DNA from: an uncultured Eubacteriales bacterium
Lineage (GTDB): Bacteria; Bacillota; Clostridia; Oscillospirales; CAG-272
NCBI GenBank assembly: GCA_958352145.1
Contig: CATWNM010000001.1
Span: 69,524-133,523 of the forward strand
Length of the DNA stretch: 64,000 bases
Direction: 5' to 3'
Position 1 is the stretch's first letter; each line of letters starts with the position of its first letter. Shown in pieces: positions 58,656 to 64,000 of the stretch. The notes beneath the pieces are model-generated. The model searched no databases, had not been told where the DNA came from, and worked only from the letters and a program-made list of their open reading frames with translations. The position numbers and the translations under genes are program-made.

Positions 58656-58678
58656 AAATAATCAGGAGGAAATTGATT

Positions 58679-60427
58679 ATGGATGCTACATCAATCGTAA
58701 CGTTAGTAGAAGAAACTGCAACAGGCACAGCTTTCGGCATATGGTTTTTGATCGGCGCCGCGCTTGTATTCTTTATGCAGGCCGGATTCGCCATGGTCGA
58801 GACCGGATTTACCCGAGCAAAGAACGCAGGGAATATTTTGATGAAGAACCTGATGGACTTCTGCATAGGAACCGTCGTGTTCATGCTGCTCGGTTTTTCA
58901 ATCATGATGGCCGAAGATTATCTGTTCGGATTTATCGGCGTACCCAACCTTGATATCTTTTCAGACTTCGGCGGTTTTATTGAAAACAACGCTTCCAGTT
59001 TTGTCTTCAACCTTGTTTTCTGCGCTACCGCCGCAACCATCGTCTCGGGCGCCATGGCGGAAAGAACAAAGTTTATCTCCTACTGTATTTACTCCGGTGT
59101 AATCTCGCTCTTTATCTATCCCATTGAAGCCGGCTGGATCTGGAACAGTCAAGGCTGGCTTGTCAATCTCGGCTTCCATGACTTCGCAGGTTCCTGCGCC
59201 ATTCATATGGTCGGCGGCATCTCCGCACTGATCGGCGCTGCCATCTTGGGTCCCCGCATCGGCAAATATACGAAAAATAAAGACGGCAGCGTGAAAGTCC
59301 ATGCGATTCCCGGACACTCGATCACCATCGGCGCGCTCGGCTGCTTTATTCTCTGGTTCGGCTGGTACGGATTCAACGGCGCCGCCGCGTGGGACGTTCA
59401 GTCGCTCGGTTCCATCTTTCTGACGACGACCATCGCACCGGCTGTGGCGACTGTCGTATGCATGATCTTTACCTGGGTGAAAAATGGTAAACCCGATGTT
59501 TCCATGTGTCTGAACGCTTCTCTGGCGGGCCTTGTCGGCATCACGGCAGGCTGCGACGCGCTGGATGCGCTCGGCGCAACGATCGTAGGCATTGTTTCCG
59601 GTATTCTCGTTGTCGTCGTCGTTGAACTGCTGGATAAAAAACTGCGCATCGACGATCCCGTAGGCGCAGTCGCAGTACATTGCGCAAATGGAATCTGGGG
59701 CACTCTAGCAGTCGGTCTGCTCGCAAATCCCGCCGCTCCCGCAGGCTTGAACGGCCTTTTGTACACAGGCGACGCCGCCCTGCTTGGGGTACAGGCGCTC
59801 GGCGTTGTTGCAGTTGCCGCGTGGACGACATTCTGGATCACGCTCACCTTTGTCATCATCAAAAAAACTGTGGGGCTGCGCGTTTCCAAAGAAGAAGAAA
59901 TTGAAGGTCTTGATCCGACAGAGCATGGCTTGCACAGCGCATACGACGGATTCGCCATGGCGCCTGAAACCATCCCTGTAGACGAGGACGAGGTTCCTGC
60001 CGTCACGGGCGATATTCCGGTAGCAGAAGCCATTCCGATCAAAGCAATGCCCGCAGTAGCGTCCGACAGCCCGAAATTTACGAAAGTGGAAATCATCTGT
60101 AAAGAACGCATGCTGGAGCCGCTCAAGAGCGCGATGATGAATATCGGCATTACCGGTATGACCGTCTCGCACGTCATGGGATGCGGCATTCAAAAGGGCA
60201 AGCCGGAATATTACCGCGGCGTCGAAATCGAAGCCACGCTGCTCCCCAAGATTCAAATCGACATCGTCGTATCCAAGGTTCCCGTCCGAAGCGTGATTGA
60301 GGTCGCCAAGAAAGTGCTTTACACCGGTCATATCGGCGACGGTAAAATCTTTGTCTATGACGTCGAAAACATCGTAAAAGTACGGACTGGTGAAGAAGGC
60401 TATGACGCGCTTCAGGACGTAGAATAA
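58679..60427 (+). CDS. amt: Ammonium transporter (Amt) fused to a C-terminal P-II (GlnB/GlnK) domain
   Basis: Start at GGAGGA-N8-ATG; the ORF is open from the TTG at 58673. Amt core (FFMQAGFAMVETG, DFAGSCAIHMVGG, GWYGFN), a ~60-aa acidic/Pro linker, then a 117-aa P-II domain. Confidence 0.88.
   Translation: MDATSIVTLVEETATGTAFGIWFLIGAALVFFMQAGFAMVETGFTRAKNAGNILMKNLMDFCIGTVVFMLLGFSIMMAEDYLFGFIGVPNLDIFSDFGGFIENNASSFVFNLVFCATAATIVSGAMAERTKFISYCIYSGVISLFIYPIEAGWIWNSQGWLVNLGFHDFAGSCAIHMVGGISALIGAAILGPRIGKYTKNKDGSVKVHAIPGHSITIGALGCFILWFGWYGFNGAAAWDVQSLGSIFLTTTIAPAVATVVCMIFTWVKNGKPDVSMCLNASLAGLVGITAGCDALDALGATIVGIVSGILVVVVVELLDKKLRIDDPVGAVAVHCANGIWGTLAVGLLANPAAPAGLNGLLYTGDAALLGVQALGVVAVAAWTTFWITLTFVIIKKTVGLRVSKEEEIEGLDPTEHGLHSAYDGFAMAPETIPVDEDEVPAVTGDIPVAEAIPIKAMPAVASDSPKFTKVEIICKERMLEPLKSAMMNIGITGMTVSHVMGCGIQKGKPEYYRGVEIEATLLPKIQIDIVVSKVPVRSVIEVAKKVLYTGHIGDGKIFVYDVENIVKVRTGEEGYDALQDVE
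60074..60424 (+). other. P-II signal-transduction domain within the amt ORF
   Basis: KVEIICKERMLEPLKSAMMNIGITGMTVSHVMGCGIQKGKPEYYRGVEIEATLLPKIQIDIVV...GHIGDGKIFVYDVENIVKVRTGEEG aligns by eye with GlnB/GlnK, including the T-loop YRG. Confidence 0.8.
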
Positions 60428-60459
60428 ACTTAGCCTCCATTCCTTATTTTAATATACTC

Positions 60460-60506
60460 GATAACCGGCGGAAGCGCTGATGCGCTTTCGCCGGTTATCG
60501 TTTTTG
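60460..60506 (+). terminator. Terminator of amt
   Basis: GATAACCGGCG...CGCCGGTTATC with an inner AAGCGC/GCGCTT extension, followed by GTTTTTG. Confidence 0.75.
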
Positions 60507-60617
60507 CCATAAACAAAATGCCCGAAATTCTGTGCAGAAAATCGACCTACATCAGCGCCGCAGCCGGGCGCACAAAACTCGGGCGGCCCGATAAAAACCG
60601 AACCGCCCAAGTTGTAT

Positions 60618-61322
60618 TTATTCTCCAAGATACGCCGCCTTGATACGCGGGTCATTGGCCAGCTGGTCCGCTTTTCCGTGCATGACGATTTTTCCGGTTT
60701 CAAGCACATAGGCGCGATCCGCAATAGACAGCGCCTTTTTGGCGTTCTGCTCTACCAAAAGTACGGTGGTTCCGTCCTTGGATACCTCTCTTATGATCTT
60801 AAAAATTTCGGAAACCAGTAAAGGAGACAGCCCCATCGACGGCTCATCCATCAGCAGAATCTTCGGATTGGACATCAGTGCGCGTCCCATAGCGAGCATC
60901 TGCTGTTCTCCGCCGGAAAGCGTGCCGGCCACCTGATTTCTTCGTTCTTGCAAACGGGGAAAATGCGCATAAATATATGAAAGATTTTGTTCGATTTTTT
61001 CTTTGCTGCGCAGCGTATAAGCGCCGAGCTTCAAATTTTCATACACCGTCAGCTGCTGAAAAATACGCCTTCCCTCCGGAACATGCGCCATGCCAAGCGA
61101 AATGATTTTATGCGCGGGCGTCTTGATCAGATCGTGCCCTTCAAACATGATTCTGCCGCTTCGCGGCGCGACAAGGCCGGTAATCGTGTGCAGAATCGTC
61201 GTTTTACCTGCGCCGTTCGCGCCGATCAGCGCGATCACCTCACCCTCGTTCACCTCAAAAGATACGCCCTTGATCGCATTGATGACGCCGTAATAGACCT
61301 GTATATTCTCTACATTTAACAT
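60618..61322 (-). CDS. livF: Branched-chain amino acid ABC transporter ATP-binding protein LivF
   Basis: The ORF is open to 61406, but GGAGG-N6-ATG at 61320-61322 gives MLNVENIQVYYG. GANGAGKTT, LSGGEQQMLAMGRAL. Confidence 0.85.
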   Translation of the reverse strand: MLNVENIQVYYGVINAIKGVSFEVNEGEVIALIGANGAGKTTILHTITGLVAPRSGRIMFEGHDLIKTPAHKIISLGMAHVPEGRRIFQQLTVYENLKLGAYTLRSKEKIEQNLSYIYAHFPRLQERRNQVAGTLSGGEQQMLAMGRALMSNPKILLMDEPSMGLSPLLVSEIFKIIREVSKDGTTVLLVEQNAKKALSIADRAYVLETGKIVMHGKADQLANDPRIKAAYLGE

Positions 61323-61332
61323 AACAAGCCTC

Positions 61333-62097
61333 CTACTCGTCCTCGCCGATATACGCGGTGATGACCCGCGGGTCATGGAGCACCTCGGCTGTCGCGCCGG
61401 CGACAAGCTCCGTACCGAAATTTAATACCGTAATACGCTCACAGATGCCCGCCACCAATTTCATATCATGCTCAATCAGCAAAATAGTCATATCAAAATT
61501 ATCGCGCACAAAACGAATCGTCCGCATCAGTTCCGCCGTTTCATTTGGATTCATGCCCGCCGCCGGTTCGTCCAGAAGAAGAAGCCTTGGTCCCGTGGCC
61601 ATCGCGCGCGCGATCTCCAGCTTGCGCTGCTTTCCATAGGGGAGATTGGAGGCAAGCAGTTGCGCCTCGCCATCCAGATCAAAAACCCGCAGAAGCTCCA
61701 GTGCTTTCTGATCAATTCTGCGCTCTTCCCTGCGATACCGTCCGATATGCAGAAAGCTCTCCGCAAGACTGTAGCGGACGCTGTTGCCAAAGCCGACTTT
61801 TACATTATCGATCACAGAAAGACGGCCAAACAAACGAATATTCTGAAATGTGCGCGCAATCCCCATTCGGTTAATCTCAATCGGGCTTTTTCCGTTGAGG
61901 CAAACACCGTCAAGGTAAATGGTGCCGCCGGTGGGCTGGTACACGCCCGTCAGCATATTAAATACCGTAGTCTTGCCTGCGCCATTCGGCCCGATCAGCC
62001 CATACAGTTCGCCTTTTTCAATTTTCAGGTTAAGGGAATCGACCGCTTTCAGTCCGCCGAACCGAATCGAAAGCTCCTTTGTTTCGAGAAGTGCCAT
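61333..62097 (-). CDS. livG: Branched-chain amino acid ABC transporter ATP-binding protein LivG
   Basis: 254 aa. GPNGAGKTT, LPYGKQRKLEIARA, LLLDEPAAG. Confidence 0.85.
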   Translation of the reverse strand: MALLETKELSIRFGGLKAVDSLNLKIEKGELYGLIGPNGAGKTTVFNMLTGVYQPTGGTIYLDGVCLNGKSPIEINRMGIARTFQNIRLFGRLSVIDNVKVGFGNSVRYSLAESFLHIGRYRREERRIDQKALELLRVFDLDGEAQLLASNLPYGKQRKLEIARAMATGPRLLLLDEPAAGMNPNETAELMRTIRFVRDNFDMTILLIEHDMKLVAGICERITVLNFGTELVAGATAEVLHDPRVITAYIGEDE

Positions 62098-63179
62098 TAC
62101 CCCTCACCTCCTGCTTTGCGCCTGCCTTGGGCAAAAGCCGCGCGCACGCGGATTTTTCCGAAAAAATTCCGGACGGCCGCGCTGTTATTGAGCAGCATCA
62201 TCAAAATCAGAACAATCGCGTAAATCAGCATCCTATACTTGTTCAGGCTTCGAAGCGCCTCGGGCAAAACATAGAGCACGACGGTCGAAATCACAACATT
62301 ACGCATCTTCCGCATGCCGCCAAGTACGACAAAGACCAAAATCAAAATGGAGAGATTATAGTCGAACTTGGAAGCGGTCAGCGTATTCAGATTATGCGAA
62401 TACAAAACCCCTGCCACGCCGGCAAAAAACGCCGACATAACAAACGCGGTCATTTTGGCGCGCGTGACATTTACCCCCATCGCTTCGGCGGCAATGCGGT
62501 TTTCACGCGCAGCCATCACCGCTCTGCCCTGCTTGGAGTCGATGAAATTGAGCATCACCACAAGCGCGATCATCACGGTGATAAAACAAATCACAAAAGT
62601 CGAGTCCTTCGGCGTGCCACTGATACCCATTGCGCCTTTCAGATAATCCGTTCTTGTTGCAGCATCAAAGGCATGCGCGCTTAAACGCTCAACACCGAGC
62701 GAAACAAACAAACCGTTTTTATCGGTCGAGATATATAAATTATTCAATACACTCTTGATAATCTCGCCAAAAGCTAGCGTGACAATCGCCAGATAATCTC
62801 CGCGCAGGCGCAGCACCGGTATGCCGATCAAAAAACCAAAAACCGCCGCCGTCACGCCGCCGAGCAGTAAAGCAAGCGGAAAGCGCAGCGCTGAATTTGC
62901 AAGAACACCGCTCATCGCAACCGAAAAAATACTGCCGGTATAAGCGCCGATGCACATAAAGCCGGCTTGTCCAAGGCTGAGTTCTCCCGAAATGCCGACA
63001 ACCAAATTCAGCGCCAGCGCCGCAAGAACATAAACACAGGTCGGCACCAAAAGTCCGGTAAAAGAACGGCTGGCCCGCCCGCTGGCAAGAAAAATCTGTA
63101 TCGCAATAAAAATAACGAGCATCATGCCATAGGTGATATATCTGTCTTTTACCTTGCCAGTAAGCTTAAGTCCTTTCAC
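62097..63179 (-). CDS. livM: Branched-chain amino acid ABC transporter permease LivM
   Basis: 360 aa polytopic protein. ...GELSLGQAGFMCIGAY... is typical of LivM. Confidence 0.82.
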   Translation of the reverse strand: MKGLKLTGKVKDRYITYGMMLVIFIAIQIFLASGRASRSFTGLLVPTCVYVLAALALNLVVGISGELSLGQAGFMCIGAYTGSIFSVAMSGVLANSALRFPLALLLGGVTAAVFGFLIGIPVLRLRGDYLAIVTLAFGEIIKSVLNNLYISTDKNGLFVSLGVERLSAHAFDAATRTDYLKGAMGISGTPKDSTFVICFITVMIALVVMLNFIDSKQGRAVMAARENRIAAEAMGVNVTRAKMTAFVMSAFFAGVAGVLYSHNLNTLTASKFDYNLSILILVFVVLGGMRKMRNVVISTVVLYVLPEALRSLNKYRMLIYAIVLILMMLLNNSAAVRNFFGKIRVRAAFAQGRRKAGGEG

Positions 63180-63190
63180 AGAAAATCACC

Positions 63191-64000
63191 TCACACTTTT
63201 TCGTTGATCTTCTTGCCCATGATCCCGGTCGGCTTGACTAGAAGAATGACAATCAAGACCGCAAACACGATCGCATCGGACAATTCAGAGGAAATATACG
63301 CTTTGCTCAAATTTTCAATCACGCCCAGCACAATGCCGCCGATCATAGCGCCCGGAATCGAACCGATGCCGCCGAATACCGCCGCGGTAAACGCCTTAAT
63401 ACCGGGCATAGCGCCCGTATAAGGGCTGATCTGCGGATAAGTGGAGCACAAGAGAACGCTTGCAATCCCCGCAAGCGCCGATCCGATCGCAAAAGTCAAG
63501 GTAATCGTTGCGTTGACATTGATCCCCATCAGCTGCGCCGCCCCTTTATCCTCGGATACGGCAAGCATCGCTTTTCCGCTCTTTGTGCGGTTTACGAACA
63601 GTGTCAGAAGTATCATAATTAATACCGAAACCACGATCGTAACAATCGTTTCACCGGTGACATTAACATTGCCGATCGGTAGAGAAAACTTGGGAACGAC
63701 GGAAGTAAAACTGCGCGCCTGAGAACCGAAAATCAGCAAAGCTGAATTCTGCAAAAGATAACTGACGCCGATCGCCGTAATCAAAACGGCCAGCGGCGGC
63801 GCGGTACGCAGCGGCTTATAAGCCACCTTTTCAATCACCACGCCCAGCAGTGTGCAGGAAAGAATTCCTGCGGCAATGGCAAGCCACACAGGACAATACA
63901 GTGTGGAAATCGCAATAAACACGACATAACCACCGATCATAATCACGTCGCCGTGCGCAAAATTCAGCATTTTCGCAATACCGTACACCATCGTATATCC
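63191..64000 (-). CDS. livH: Branched-chain amino acid ABC transporter permease LivH (5' end beyond window)
   Basis: The frame stays open to the window edge (...GYTMVYGIAKMLNFAHGDVIMIGGY...), so the N-terminus is missing. Confidence 0.82.
   Translation of the reverse strand, partial: GYTMVYGIAKMLNFAHGDVIMIGGYVVFIAISTLYCPVWLAIAAGILSCTLLGVVIEKVAYKPLRTAPPLAVLITAIGVSYLLQNSALLIFGSQARSFTSVVPKFSLPIGNVNVTGETIVTIVVSVLIMILLTLFVNRTKSGKAMLAVSEDKGAAQLMGINVNATITLTFAIGSALAGIASVLLCSTYPQISPYTGAMPGIKAFTAAVFGGIGSIPGAMIGGIVLGVIENLSKAYISSELSDAIVFAVLIVILLVKPTGIMGKKINEKV

Overview
64-kb chromosomal segment that reads like a moderately GC-rich Clostridia-type Firmicute. Supporting signs are GGAGG Shine-Dalgarno sites, SLH-anchored surface proteins, an rpsF-ssb-rpsR operon, a type III glutamine synthetase and a domain-split glutamate synthase. 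Coding density is high. I found no rRNA, tRNA or CRISPR array.

Gene content, left to right:
- MacB-type ABC exporter with a giant coiled-coil HlyD adaptor, then RluA and a lactate permease.
- MarR plus an acyl-CoA ligase, then cardiolipin synthase.
- A secreted BNR/Asp-box protein, followed by a decayed MerR locus.
- rpsF-ssb-rpsR, then small DUF proteins.
- A BMP-family ABC importer, then a phosphodiester glycosidase pair.
- A 1,202-aa beta-helix/SLH surface protein.
- An unusual importer-permease/HlyD/binding-protein operon.
- A ~5-kb AT-rich island carrying a large serine recombinase.
- Acyl-ACP thioesterase, fba, a lone mazF and pyrG.
- A nitrogen-assimilation block: ANTAR regulator, split GOGAT, glnN and an Amt-PII fusion.
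- The livHMGF genes, running off the right end of the window.

The most interesting signal is at 32.2-33.0 kb. A 201-aa small serine recombinase sits 10 bp from a perfect 12-2-12 palindromic site. A degenerate inverted partner site lies 136 bp away. Together they bracket a near-consensus extended -10 promoter directly in front of the large SLH surface protein. This looks like a hix-type invertible promoter (phase switch), captured here in the orientation that points away from the surface gene and antisense into the recombinase gene.

Secondary leads:
- A recurrent two-hairpin intergenic module with compensatory base changes (3 copies).
- AAAGGC-hexaloop leader hairpins in front of glnN and amt, next to an ANTAR regulator with an apparent pseudo-receiver.
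- An Amt-PII fusion.
- An apparently orphan MazF.
- An operon mixing importer-type and efflux-type components.

All family calls come from motif recognition by eye. No database search was run.
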